Source of the DNA: Eledone cirrhosa
Lineage: Eukaryota
Direction of reading: 5' to 3'
Assembly (NCBI GenBank): GCA_964016885.1
Contig: OZ024750.1
Coordinates: forward strand, 23,746,001-23,810,000
Length of the DNA: 64,000 nt
The translations under genes were made by a program, and so were the position numbers. Below, one piece after another: positions 37,913-51,619 of the stretch. Positions within the stretch are counted from its first letter, which is position 1; each line of letters begins with the position of its first letter. The notes under the pieces were generated by a model that saw only the letters and a list, made by a program, of their open reading frames with translations, was not told where the DNA came from and did not search any database.

Positions 37913-38399
37913 TATTACTGAGGACCTATTTAGTTTTTATAGAGAATATTAGGAGGGAGGGGTGAAGTTGTTAGAAGAATAGTTGAAGGAGTGGTTTTTC
38001 GATAGCAGTGAGAATTCTTGGTGGCAGTGAGTAATTAGATTCCCATCTGTTGTTTTGACATTTTTTATAGAATATATTATTGGTTATTTTTCTAAATCTA
38101 TAGAAGGATTAGAGATAGTAAAGATATGCGTGGTTGGTTTTGTGTTTGCACTTAATTAACATTCAGACTTAAATTTTTCTTTCAAGTGTACGTATCCTTT
38201 CACCCACGCATTCACAAACAAATATATTTGCACACCTCTACAAAATACATATACTCACAATTCACATATTCATACTTACATATATATACACATGCATACA
38301 CATATATATACACACATGTATTCATGTACATACATACGCGCTCATGTGTATACATTTTCATACTCAACTTATCTTTATATACACACGTATAGACACACA

Positions 38400-38961
<562 letters not shown>

Positions 38962-39230
38962 AGCACTTTAATACATGAATACACTTACATCTAACTATAC
39001 ACATCAAACATATATATATATTTACTTATTTATATACATTTTCACATATATATACATACTTATGGACGTTTTTAGACACATTCATTATCGCATATTTGTA
39101 CCTATTCTCATCAGCATATCTTTCCATTATTAGTGTGGTAATTTAAGGTTATTAATATATGTTGAGAAGAGATTGTTTTTATATTTTTCTAACTAGATTA
39201 AGGTTTATATAGTTGGGGGATGTCCCTCTT

Positions 39231-41462
39231 TTATGTAATATTCGGCTTGTAGTGGGAAAAAAGGGTTTTAGTTCTGTGACGGCAGAATAATGTTCGTTCA
39301 ATTCTGTTATTCAGCAGTTTCTTCTTGTGTGTGATTATGTAATAAATCTCAAGATTACACAATTTGCAGAAATTTTGGCTCCTGGAAAAGCTTTGGGTTT
39401 TAGCTAATTTTTCCCATTTTAGGGTAAACTTTTGATCGCTATCCCTGAGCGTCCAAGCTTTTTCTGCTAAAGTTGTTACATTTCTTTGGCTCTGGTGTTT
39501 TATTGAGTAAGAATGCCTATACAATCGAGATTTAAACGATGTTGCCGTTGATCCCACGTAATACCACTCGTTGCCTCCGGATTTAATGGTACACTTATAA
39601 ATAATATTTTTTTCCAGGCAGTTATTGCCGAGGGGGCAGTTGTCAGGATAGGTGCAGTTACAGTTGTGTACGTTGGGTTTTCTCTGGAGTAGTATTGCGG
39701 ACGAACTTAGGTGTGGTTTATTTATGTTCTGTAGTGTATTGTTTACTGTTTTTTTTGTGTTCTTTGTACTTAAGTTCTTAGTGTTTTCGTTTAACCTTCT
39801 AGTATTGATCTTTTTTATGTGTTGTTCAAGGTTTAACGCTGTAGAGTATGACAGTCTTATAGTGGTAGGGTTTAGGATTTTGTGGTATTTGTGTGATGTG
39901 GGAAAATGTCTTTTAATTATTTTAAAGAAGAATACTGGTAAATTTGTACTAATGGAACTATTGTATTCGGGGTTATACCATAAGTACTCTTTGCATCGCT
40001 TTCTATTAGTTTTGTTTGTTGGTTTACTGGTATGCATACTATGGTAGTAAGTGTGGTTTGGTGTTGTGTTATTATATCTACCTATGTGGGATTTATTTTG
40101 GGTGTTTTGATTGTTCCCATCTATGTACTCTATTTTGTTGAGGTAGCCTGCTTTACTAAGGGCGTTATCGTAGTACTCGGCGTGTTCCTTAAATACTTGT
40201 ATGTTAGAAGATAGACCCGAGATTCTAAGGGAAATATTTTTAGGGATAGATTTAATTATAGAGATGGGGTGGTTAGACCCAACATTTACGTATTTGAGAT
40301 TTTCATTCAATTTATGAAACGGTTTAATCAAACCAGAGTTTAAATTGAGTGTGACATCCAGGAAGTTAACTACTTTAAGGTTGTATTCATATGTTATAGT
40401 TAGTCCTATTTCGAGTAGTAGTTTTCTTATATCTTTGCGTAGTTTTTCTAGTTTTTGGTTATTAAGGTTTTTAGCTAGGAGGAGAACATCGTCGCGGTAT
40501 ATTCCGCCGTGGAGATTGCTGAATTTTTCCTGGAGTCTAAAGGCGATAAATAACCCCACAATATCAGTTATTTCCGCCGAATCGTTAGAGCCCATTGTTA
40601 TGTCAAAGTTAGAGGGTCTATCTTTACGTACCCAATAACTGTTCTCAAATTTGACTATAGTTTTCCTAGCTTCTAATATAATCTTAATTTCATCGTTTGT
40701 AAGGTCAGAGTTATCCTTAGCAAACTTAATGGCTCTATTCAAAGTTTCAGGTGATATCGATGAGTAATATTCATCGATATCAAACTGGATAAACTTAGAT
40801 TTATTCTTATTGCTAATGCTATTAAACCATCTTATTGCTTCTTGGGTCTTCCCCCAGAGTTTAATGTTAACCTTAGCCTTAATTTGGGGGATGATTCTAT
40901 CTAAGATATATTTGCTTATTTTACCTATATCTGATTTAGAGGGGCAGATTAATCTAATTTTAGGGTCATTATCAAAGTTTACCTTGTGGTCCTTAAGATT
41001 GAAGGTGGGTACCGCCGGTAAGAGTGGTCCTGTCCTATCTTCGATTCCGAGATTTTTCACTATTTCGCATGCCTCATCATTGATGTGCTTAAGGGTTACT
41101 TCACTCGTTTTTCTATATTTTTTATGTAATTCTTTTCGAATGAAGTTGTTGTATGTAGTGCAATCCATAGTGTACAGGTTTGATGTTTTGTCCGCTTTTA
41201 CTACAATTCCTTTGGTGTTTTTAAGGTCGTCCAGTAGTTTTTTTATATCTTTCTGTAATTTGCTGTTGGTGTTGCGTCCTTTGAATTTAATTTTAAGGAT
41301 TAAGTTCATAAGGTCCTGCTCAAATGCATCTAATAGTGGGTTGGTGGGTGGGTTTTTACAAGTCCTAAAACCGAATTTGTTGTTTACACCACTTTCTAAT
41401 GTTGAGTTCATACGGCTTCTATCATAGTGGAGCGTTTTCCACCTGACACGTCGAATGAATTC
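39231..41462 (-). CDS. Penelope-like element ORF: reverse transcriptase plus C-terminal GIY-YIG endonuclease, probably Nematis-like, slightly 5'-truncated
   Basis: 726-aa ORF with KADK, FDIxxYYSSI, MGS, YRDD, FLDV, CNC-x5-CPLxxxC, IIYKC...YYVGST...FKSR...H and CKLC...LLN.R.E...CRH. The frame extends upstream of the Met as EFIRRVRWK to the junction at 41462. Confidence 0.93.
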   Translation of the reverse strand, partial: EFIRRVRWKTLHYDRSRMNSTLESGVNNKFGFRTCKNPPTNPLLDAFEQDLMNLILKIKFKGRNTNSKLQKDIKKLLDDLKNTKGIVVKADKTSNLYTMDCTTYNNFIRKELHKKYRKTSEVTLKHINDEACEIVKNLGIEDRTGPLLPAVPTFNLKDHKVNFDNDPKIRLICPSKSDIGKISKYILDRIIPQIKAKVNIKLWGKTQEAIRWFNSISNKNKSKFIQFDIDEYYSSISPETLNRAIKFAKDNSDLTNDEIKIILEARKTIVKFENSYWVRKDRPSNFDITMGSNDSAEITDIVGLFIAFRLQEKFSNLHGGIYRDDVLLLAKNLNNQKLEKLRKDIRKLLLEIGLTITYEYNLKVVNFLDVTLNLNSGLIKPFHKLNENLKYVNVGSNHPISIIKSIPKNISLRISGLSSNIQVFKEHAEYYDNALSKAGYLNKIEYIDGNNQNTQNKSHIGRYNNTTPNHTYYHSMHTSKPTNKTNRKRCKEYLWYNPEYNSSISTNLPVFFFKIIKRHFPTSHKYHKILNPTTIRLSYSTALNLEQHIKKINTRRLNENTKNLSTKNTKKTVNNTLQNINKPHLSSSAILLQRKPNVHNCNCTYPDNCPLGNNCLEKNIIYKCTIKSGGNEWYYVGSTATSFKSRLYRHSYSIKHQSQRNVTTLAEKAWTLRDSDQKFTLKWEKLAKTQSFSRSQNFCKLCNLEIYYIITHKKKLLNNRIERTLFCRHRTKTLFSHYKPNIT

Positions 41463-41606
41463 AAATGACAGTAAATAATAACATTGAAATATTGAATGTC
41501 TGCATAACTAAAAGTTTGTAGATAGCAGCTGTTTTAGGTTATGTAACTGTTATAGAAACACGTGTCAATAAATTCCTTTCAACTAAACTGTATCCATTCA
41601 AATCTT

Positions 41607-41674
<68 letters not shown>

Positions 41675-42601
41675 CATGGTAAAATGAATGTGAAGACTAA
41701 ATCTGAAGAGGGCTCGATAAGGATTATATATATCATCATCATCACTGTTTTACGTCCATTCGTCCACGCTAGCATGGGTTAGACGAGTTATCCTGTTGGG
41801 GGCAGTGCCTGGCTGGCTGACCTTGTCTTGCTCATACAGGAACTGATTTTGGCTTGATTTCTACAGCTGGATGCCCTTCCTAACACCAACCTCATTTACA
41901 GTGAGTGCTGGGTGCTTTTTCCGTGGCGCCTATACGACCACGTTACAGTGTGGGCTGGGTGCTTTTTTTCTGTGGCACCTCCATGACCACTTTTCAGTGG
42001 GAAGGGGTGGTGGCATATTGTCAATATTCTTCAGCTTCGGCTTGTACCTGTGGGAAATCGGGTCTTCTGTAATAAAAAAAACCCATAGAGAAAATATTTA
42101 TTATACATTTTAGAGTTTCAGAAGATCCCGTAAAAGGGTGGAAGTAGCAATTCTTTGCTTAAACTTTAATCTGTACATATAATAAATAAAAATATATAAA
42201 TGTATGGAGGCACATGGCTTTGTGGTTAGGGCATTGGCCTTGCAATCGAAAGGTTGTGAGTTCAATTCTCAGACCAGGTGATGTGTTGTTTCCTTGAGCA
42301 AGACACTTTATTTCACATTGCTCCAGTTTACTCAGCTGTAGAAATGAGATGATAGGACAGGGGTCCATATTATTCCACTGCAAAAAAGCCATGGCAAAAA
42401 AGCACCCAGCTGAAGGGCATCCAGCTGTAGAAATTAAGCCAGAATCAGTTCCCGTCCCACCCTTGCAAGCAGGACGAGGCAGACGTAAAATGATGATGAT
42501 GATGAGATATATATATATACATATATATACATACATATATCTATATATATATATATTTATATATATATATATTTATATATATATATATATATTTATATAT
42601 T

Positions 42602-42633
<32 letters not shown>

Positions 42634-42644
42634 CATATATATAT

Positions 42645-42691
<47 letters not shown>

Positions 42692-42804
42692 CATACATAT
42701 ATATATACATACATACATACATATATATATATATACATACATATATATATATACATACATATATATATATATATACATACATATATATATATATATACAT
42801 ACAC

Positions 42805-42835
<31 letters not shown>

Positions 42836-42842
42836 CATACAC

Positions 42843-42957
<115 letters not shown>

Positions 42958-42982
42958 CATACATATATATATATATACATAC

Positions 42983-43015
<33 letters not shown>

Positions 43016-43024
43016 CATATATAT

Positions 43025-43094
<70 letters not shown>

Positions 43095-43366
43095 CATATA
43101 TATACACACGTGTATATACAAACACATACATAGACCTATCATTAGTGTAGTTAGTTTACTGTTCTATATTTGTTGTTGTTCTATTGTTGCCATCAGTGGA
43201 ATTTCCACCTACTTCATATATAGAAACAATACTTGACATTGTCTCTGTTGTTTATATAAGAGGAAGGTATGTGGACTGGTGGTTAGGGCATTGGACATGT
43301 GATAATAAGGTTGTAGGTTTGATTCCTCAACAGTCTTTGTTTCATGTTCTTTTTTTTTATAATAGG

Positions 43367-44040
43367 ACTGGGACCACTGTCATTAAAACACCTAAGAAAC
43401 TGCCTATGGCATGTAATCTTGTAGGAGTCCAGCAAAACCTAGATAGAAGCCAGCTGTAGCAACAACACTGGGGTCTTTGTCATTATAACACCCAAGGAAC
43501 CTCCTATGGCATGTAATCTTGTAGGAGGCCAGCCAAACCTTCATAGAAGCCAGCTGTCGGGACAACACTGGGGTCTTTGTCATTATAACACCCAAGGAAC
43601 CTCCTATGGCATGTAATCTTGTAGGAGGCCAGCCAAACCTTCATAGAAGCCAGCTGTCGGGACAACACTGGGGTCTTTGTCATTATAACACCCAAGGAAC
43701 CTCCTATGGCATGTAATCTTGTAGGAGGCCAGCCAAACCTTCATAGAAGCCAGCTGTCGGGACAACACTGGGGTCTTTGTCATTATAACACCCAAGGGAC
43801 CTCCTATGGGATGTAGTTTTGTAGGCCAACTAAACCTGCATAGAGGCAAGCTGTAGCAACAACACTGGGGTCTTTATCATTATAGAACCCAAGGAACTTC
43901 CTATGGGATGCAACCTTGTAGGAGGCCAATGAAACTCGCATAGGTGTGAGCTGTAAATTCATGATAGGACTAGGCGATTATCATTATAATACCCAAGAAA
44001 CCTCTGATGAATTGCCACCTGGTAGGGAATCGGCCAAACT
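43367..44040. repeat. 100-bp tandem repeat, about 6-7 copies, central three nearly identical
   Basis: Period of 100 visible at 43404, 43504, 43604 and 43704. Confidence 0.92.
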
Positions 44041-44929
44041 TGCATAGGTGCTAGGTCACGTTTTATTTTTCACAGGCATGTGCAGGTATGTAGCCTAGTG
44101 GTTAGAATATTGGATTCATGATAATAAGGTCATGGGTTCAGTTCCTGGGATAGGCAGTGTGTTGTATTCTTCAGAAAGACACTCCTATTTTACATTGCTT
44201 TAGTTAAGAAAAAAAGTAGAGTACCAGCAACAGATGCTGGGGGCTAACCCCTGAGTCAGGCTGGAGCTTACCCATTAAGTGATTGAAAGTAGAAGACTAT
44301 TCGTTGTATAGGACACCAGTCTTTTGCAGGTTTAACCCCCCCCCCCCAGCTGCTGCTGCAGGTTCTCGTTTCCAGTTGGGTGGATTGGAGCAATGTGAAA
44401 TGAGGTGTATTGCTCAAGAACACAATACACCACCCTGTTCAGGTATCAAACTCACAATCTTATGATCATGAGCCCAACACATTAAACACTAGGCTACATG
44501 CCTTCACAATGGTGGATATATGCAGAATTGTTACAGTGTGTGAAGAAAAGAATTGTTACAGTAGTTATATGAAATTGCTATAGTGTCTATGGACATTAAG
44601 AAAAGCATCCAGCTGTAAAAAAAACAAACTTTACCAAACAAAAGGTCATGAGGACCCTTCTGCTGTGTCAAGGTCAGAACTTCCTTATAGTTGGTGCCAC
44701 AATAAACTGCATTCAGTGCACTCTGTAAAATGTGGAAGTATATGTAAGCAAGATGCCATCCCCAGACCGAAAGGTCAGTAATCTCCAGTTAAGTGCAGGC
44801 TTCGACTGTGATGACCAGTCCAACCCATGCTAGCAGGGAAAAGGAAAGTTAAACTGATAATTTGTTACAGTATTTATATGGTATTGTTTAAGTGTTTATA
44901 TGGTATTGTTTAAGTGTTTAGATGATATT

Positions 44930-45358
44930 GTTACCCTGGGCATGGATTCATTGAAGCTCCGACGTCTGGCAATGGACTTGGTAAACACCCACAAAGTTAT
45001 TAACCATCTCGCCAACAACAACCATGTGTCTAACACACATGTGCATGCCTACGAAGCCAGAAAACAGCACAGCTCCCATGACTTTCAGAAACATTTTTTC
45101 ACGCTCAGAGTTGCTGAAGCATGGAACAAACTGCCTGTGTTAGCTGCTGAGACACTGCATCCTTTAAAACCCTCATGCTTCCCGAAATTCGCCAAAACTA
45201 CACTTGATGTCCCCCTTCCATACACATGCACACGTGTATATCATGACTCCTGCACTGTTCATTTTTCTGACATTTGTACATTACTCTATGTACTATACAT
45301 ACACTTTTGATGAGTTGAAGTGCACCTGAGCACTGTACACAATATTTTCATTATTATT
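44930..45358 (+). mobile_element. CR1-clade LINE 3' end, same family as 50915-51565
   Basis: LGMDSLKLRRLAMDLVNTHK...FFTLRVAEAWNKLP. Confidence 0.83.
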
Positions 45359-45369
45359 TTTAAAAAATT

Positions 45370-45810
45370 AGTATCTATATGAAATTGTTACAGTATCTAT
45401 ATGAAATTATTGCAGTATCTATATGATATTGTTACAGTATCTATATGATATTGTTGCAGTATCTATATGATATTGTTACAGTATCTATATAATATTGTTA
45501 CAATATTTATATATAAAATTATTACAATATTTAAATGGTATTGTTATAGTATTCATATGGATTTATTACTGTGTCTATATGGATTTGTTAGAATATTTAT
45601 ATGGAATTGTAACCATGTCTATATAGTACAGTTATAATTATATGGCAGTGTTATGGTATCTATATGACATTGTTATAATGTCTATATGACATTGCTATTG
45701 TGTCTATATGATATTGTTATAGTATCTATGGCATTGTTATAATGTCAATATGGATTTGTTATAATATCTATATGGATTTTTTATAGTATCTATACAGAAT
45801 TGTTACAGTT
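45370..45810. repeat. Minisatellite of about 20 bp (tctatatgatattgttacagta)
   Basis: Direct inspection; it abuts the acceptor of coding exon 4. Confidence 0.85.
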
Positions 45811-45832
45811 TTCATGTGGAAATGTTTTTCAG

Positions 45833-45955
45833 ATTCCTGATCTCACCATTGAAAGCCACAAAGAAGCTTTCATTGATATTGCTGTTGGTGGGTTTGAACT
45901 CCCTAACCAGCCGCTTGGCCACCTGTGTGTTTGGGCAGTCACTGTTGATGGACAA
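45833..45955 (+). CDS. TECPR1: TECPR1 coding exon 4 (IPDLTIESHKEAFIDIAVGGFELPNQPLGHLCVWAVTVDGQ)
   Basis: tttttcag|att to caa|gtaagt, 123 nt, phase 0-0. Tectonin repeat motif VWAVxxxG. Confidence 0.93.
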
Positions 45956-46382
45956 GTAAGTATATCTTGTTAGTCTTTTTTGTTGGTGTGGATGGTTACA
46001 TGAGGATGATGTCAGGTATATATATATATATATATATATACTAATATATATTAACAACACTGAATACTAACCATTACTTATTACTAATTTATACTTATTC
46101 CTAATTAAAGTATTTTTCACTGGAAAAAATCTGTCAGCATTTTCTTTTCCTTTTTACTAATATATATATATAAAAAAAGTAAGTGACTACTTTTAAAATG
46201 ATAGCGCAAGGTCTTCAAAATGTTTTTAATTAAACATACGGTATATTGCCAAATATACTATATATACATTCATGTATACATCGCTATTTCAGAGCACCAA
46301 TCCTAATACCTATATATATATATATATATATTGGCCTTGCAATCGAAAGGTTGTGAGTTCAATTCTCAGACCGGGTGATGTG

Positions 46383-46595
46383 TTGTTTCCTTGAGCAAGA
46401 CACTTTATTTCACATTGCTCCAGTTTACTCACATTGCTTGTTTCCTTGAGCAAGACACTTTATTTCACATTGCTCCAGTTTACTCACATTGCTTGTTTCC
46501 TTGAGCAAGACACTTTATTTCACATTGCTCCAGTTTACTCACATTGCTTGTTTCCTTGAGCAAGACACTTTATTTCACATTGCTCCAGTTTACTC
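46383..46595. repeat. 55-bp tandem amplification (x4) of the SINE core
   Basis: ccttgagcaagacac recurs at 46389, 46444, 46499 and 46554. Confidence 0.92.
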
Positions 46596-47501
46596 AGCTG
46601 TAGAAATGAGATGATAGGGACTGGGGTCCCTATGATTCCACTGCAAAGTGGTCGTGGAGGTGCCACGGCAAAAAAAGCACCCAGCACTCACTGTACATGA
46701 GGTTGGTGTTAGGAAGGGCATCCAGCTGTAGAAATCAAGCCAAAATCAGTTCTCGTCCCAGCCTTGCAAGCAAGGAAAAGTGGACGTAAAATGAAATGAA
46801 ATATATATATATATGTCATGTGTATCTTGGTTTTTAGTTTAGATCACAATGTCCTTGTATGTTATAAGAAAGTGTCAGGAAAGGCAGATGCCTTTCCTCA
46901 CTTAAAAAAGTTTCAAGCACAGGCATCACTTGATATGTGACATTTTTTGCTGTGCATGGTATTGCTGGCCATAGGCAAGTCCCTAGCAGGACTAAAAACC
47001 CACGTCTATGATGCTCATGCTTAAGTATCAAGCGATGGCATTACGTCTAATCGATTTGCAGCCATCATCATATATATATATATACACACACACACCTGCA
47101 TAGCCACACACACATATATATATACACACACACCTGCACAACCACACACACACACATATATATACACACACACCTGCACAACCACACACACACATATATA
47201 TATACACACACACCTGCACAGCCACACACACACATATATATACACACACACACCTGCACAGCCACACACACACACATATATATATACACACACACCTGCA
47301 CAGCCACACACACACATTAAGTGCACTTTATGTTCATGTGATTATTAATTCTACTAACCATACCACTACCACAACCATTACTATACTAGCCATCATCATC
47401 ATCATTCTCAACAACACCACCATCATCTACACTATCTCCACCATTACCACCATCACAACTTGTTTCTATCTTTCTATCTATCTTTGCTCTCTCTTCCACA
47501 G

Positions 47502-47679
47502 GTATTTGTTCGCAGTGGGGTCACCAGGGATTGCCCAGAAGGTAAAACCTGGGATCATATTGGTACCAACAGTCAAAGTATCATCAACATTTCTATTGGA
47601 CCTACAGCCCGTGTCTGGTCTGTCACTTGGGATGGAACCGCTTATGTTCGACTTGGCGTCTCCAGAGATTCTGTCTATG
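47502..47679 (+). CDS. TECPR1: TECPR1 coding exon 5, tectonin repeats (VFVRSGVTRDCPEGKTWDHI...VWSVTWDGTAYVRLGVSRDSVY)
   Basis: ccacag|gta to tatg|gtaaat, 178 nt, phase 0-1. RxGVxxxxPxGxxW motif. Confidence 0.94.
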
Positions 47680-48982
47680 GTAAATATTGATTTCTAATTT
47701 AGGCGCAAGGCCAGTAATTTTGGTGAAGGGCAAAGTTGATTAAATTGACCCCAGTACTTGACTGGTACTTTATTTTATCAATCTAAAAACTTAGAACAAA
47801 ATGCTGCAAAGTATTTTGTCAGGTCTTCTAACAATCCAGTCAATCCAATACCATGAAATTAGGCACAAGGCCAGCAGTTTAAGGGGGAAGGGCCACAAGG
47901 TCAGAAGTTTAGGGGGAAGGGCTACAAGGCCAGCAGTTTAGGGGGGAAGGGCCACATGGCCAGCAGTTTAGAGGGGAAGGGCCACAAGGACACCACTCTC
48001 CCACTCTTGCCCACATCACCCTTACACTGTAAAGTTATATTGGTGTCACAAAAATATCCAGCCCACACTGTATACTGGTCGTGTAGGGGACACAGCAAAA
48101 AGCACCCAGCACACACTGTAAATGTGTTTGGCGCTAGGAAGAGTATCCAGCTGTAGAAATCAAGCCAGAAACAGTCCTATATGAGCAAGACACGGTTACT
48201 TGAACCAACTTGCTTCAAATGGGACAAACCCATTTAACCCTTTAATGTTCAAACCGGCCAAAACCGGCCAGAATTCTCGACCTGTTTCTGTTGAAACTGA
48301 CAGTAACCGGTCGCTCAAAGTGATGTTAAGGTATTGTTCTCAAAATAAATACTTTCAAAATCTCATAGATTCGATATTGTGAGATAATTATGTGAGGTAA
48401 AGCTTTTACCACAAAAATACAATAGTATATATAGAGTAATGTGAATGCTAAAGGGTTAACCCATGCTAACGTGGAAAATAGACGTTAAATGATGATGATG
48501 ATGATGATGATAACTTGAGTAAGTGTCTTTTGCTATAGCCTTGAGTTGACCAATGACTTGTCAGTGGAGTTTCGTAGTTGGAAATGGTAAGCAAGCTTCT
48601 CCTTCATCAGTTTATTTCTTGAGGTTGTTCTTTACAACTTTGTCTTCTTCCCCATTGAAAGAAATAGTGTGGGAAGACTACATTGGTTCAGGCATGTGAT
48701 ATATATATATATGAATAATGACAGTTGGGTAAGGAAAGAAGTGGTATATGACTCAAGTGATAGGGACCTATAGTAGAGGAAAACATAGGAAGAAATATAT
48801 ATATATCCAATATAATAATTGTTTCTACTTTTGGCACAAGGCTAGCAATTATCCCAGTGCATTAATGGTGCTTTATTTTATCAACCCCCCCCGTAAGGAT
48901 GAAAGGCAAAGTTAAACTCGGCGGGATGCCCATGCTAGCATGGAAAAATAGACGTTAAATGGTGATGATGATATATATATAT

Positions 48983-49313
48983 GGAGGCACATGGCTTAGT
49001 GGTAAGAGCATTGGCCTTGCAATCGAAAGGTTGTGAGTTCAATTCTCAGACCGGGTGATGTGTTGTTTCCTTGAGCAAGACACTTTATTCCACATTGCTC
49101 CAGTTTACTCAGCTGTAGAAATGAGATGATAGGGACTGGGGTCCATATCATTCCACTGCAAAGTGGTCATGGAGGTGCCACGGCAAAAAAGCACCCACTG
49201 TAAATGAGGTTGGTGTTAGGAAGGACATCCAGCTGTAGAAATCAAGCCAAAATCAGTTTCCGTCCCACCCTTGCAAGCAGGGAAAAGTGGACGTAAAATG
49301 AAATGAATGAAAT
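48983..49313 (+). mobile_element. tRNA-derived CORE-like SINE with RTE-derived tail; other copies at 42205-42503, 46332-46800, 7975-8200 (-)
   Basis: tggcttagtggt A-box, gagttcaattc B-box, ccttgagcaagacactt CORE-like block, tail ttaggaagggcatccagctgtagaaa...gacgtaaaatga. Confidence 0.8.
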
Positions 49314-49401
49314 GATATATATATATATATATAGTGGTAGAACACTGGAAGGTAATATCCGTAGTGTTCTCAGTATGGTGAACTAATTGTTGTGTAACCA
49401 C

Positions 49402-49455
<54 letters not shown>

Positions 49456-50395
49456 CATTAAATTATAGATTAATCATTAAGCAAGGTATCTATATTTGAG
49501 GTTCTCGTTAAATTTTAATATGTTACGTACGTAACTATGTGTGTTTGCACTCTTTACAAATTATCCCCTGTGATTGTTTGATGTGTTTATTATATATATA
49601 TGTCAATCGATTTTTAATTTAATGCTAATAAATGCTCGGATTTATCCTTTAGAATTTTTGAGCTTATTCTACAGGTGATATGACACATGTTTCTCAGACA
49701 TGACAACCTTAATTTAATTTTGGTTATATATATATACTTAAAAAGACTATCATAATTTTATGTAAAAACTAGTTATATTTGAGTCAGCAACCTTAATAAT
49801 AATAAAGCCAGTTCATTATCATCATACATTCACTTTTCCTTCCTTGCAAGTTATTTTACTAAATCCTTACAAATTCTTGATAGTTTTAAAATTTATATGA
49901 AACATTATAGGTAGTATCTTGAGTTAAAGGGAAATGATCTTAAAAGGCATGTTGTTTTTAAATAGTGTTATCATCATTATCATTTAACATCTGGTCCTCC
50001 TGTGTATGTAATCTATGCAAAAAAAAAAAAAAGGGTGGGATGGTCATAGCTAGAATGATTTAATTATAGGTCAGCTCAATCTCAGAGCTAATAATAACAA
50101 CAACAACAGCATAGCTGTAGGGTTTCACTAAATGTGTGTATGTGTTTTAGTATGTATGTGTGTGTGTGTGTTTAGGAGTGTCCCGGTGCAGTAAATGTCA
50201 AAAACTGGGACAGTTAACTTTTTTAAATAATTTTTATTTAAACATACATGTGTATGTGTATCTATATGTGTGTGTATATCATCATATATGTATATATATA
50301 TACATATATATAAATATATATATTAATAAGAAGTTGATGAGACTAGCATAAGTTTCACTGCTAGTACCGGTTGCATCTTAGTGTACTCAATAAGT

Positions 50396-50453
<58 letters not shown>

Positions 50454-50458
<5 letters not shown>

Positions 50459-50634
50459 AAAATGTTTGACCCCGACGGCAGAGCTCAAGCCGTTTCGATG
50501 GCTATTTCTGTCGAAACGGCTCGAGCTCTGCCGTCAGGGTCAAACATTTTCCTATTACCCACTCTACTACCCTAAGTATTGAGTACTCTGGTGCGTTATG
50601 ATCCACCTGGATCCTTACCACACTTCCTTCGTTT
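50454..50634 (+). mobile_element. Second fold-back pseudo-LTR relic, same family as 3240-3420
   Basis: Palindrome at 50454-50555 plus the shared tail cctattacccactctactaccctaagtattgagtactctggtgcgttatg, inside (TA)n. Confidence 0.6.
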
Positions 50635-50644
50635 TATATATATG

Positions 50645-50678
<34 letters not shown>

Positions 50679-50914
50679 TCATAGATTGAGTTAGAAACTC
50701 AAAATAGTCTTTTACAATTAAATAGCTCAAAGAAGGGAATCTTTCCGAGCCGTGTAATATAATTAAATATATGAGAGGGATGAACACCTATAAAAGTATG
50801 CATGTATTCCAATTGCAAATGACCAAGTTAACTAGGTTGAAAAAGTACTAATTATTGTTTTAAATTAGTATTTTTTCAACCTAGCTAACTTGGTCATCTG
50901 CAATTGGAACACAT

Positions 50915-51565
50915 AATAATAATGAAATTATTGTGTACAGTGCTCAGGTGCACTACAACTCATCAAAGGTGCATGTATAGTACATAGAATAATGTACAAA
51001 TGTCAGGAAAATGAACAGTGTATGAGTCATGATATAATAATAATAACAATAATGAAATATTGTGTACAGTGCCCAGGTGCACCACAACTCATCAAAAAAG
51101 TGCATGTACAGTACATAGGGCAATGCACAAACATCAGTAAAATGAACAGTGCACGAGTCATGATACACACGTGTGCATGTGTATGGAAGGGATACATCAG
51201 GTGTAGTTTTGGCGTATTTCGGGAAGCATGAGTGTCTTAAAGGATGCAGTATCTCAGCAGCTAACAATTGACGCAGGCAGTTTGTTCCATGCTTCAGCAA
51301 CTCTGAGCGTAAAAAAATGTCTACGAAAGTCATGGGAGCTGTGCTGTTTTCTGATCTTGTAGGCATGTCCACGTGTGTTAGACACATGGAGATCAAAGAG
51401 GCGCTCAGGGTTGCAATTGGCGAGATGGTTAAAAACTTTGTGGGTATTCACCAAGTCCATTGCCAGACGTCGGAGCTTCAATGAATCCATGCCCAGGGAA
51501 GCAAGGCGTTCAGAGTATGGTAGGTGTCTGATGGAGGGTATGCGCTTGGTTGCACGTCTCTGAAC
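50915..51565 (-). mobile_element. CR1-clade LINE 3' end, with the terminal part duplicated
   Basis: VQRRATK...YSERLASLG..SL..RRL..DL...TRGH..K...FFT.RV...WNKLP; (TTA)n tail. Confidence 0.85.
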
Positions 51566-51619
51566 ATGTATACTTATATCTGTGTTCATCCCTCATATAT
51601 TCAGTTATATATATATACA

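Noticed and set aside
39652-41427. Plus-strand ORFs overlapping the Penelope-like ORF
   Set aside because: Antisense shadows of the real minus-strand frame.
43367-44040. CRISPR-like array or repeated small ORFs
   Set aside because: Contiguous units with no unique spacers, no cas genes and a eukaryotic context. The same applies to 56251-56615 and 34590-34880.
48983-49055. tRNA genes
   Set aside because: The A and B boxes belong to SINE heads that continue into CORE- or Nin-like bodies; no complete cloverleaf.
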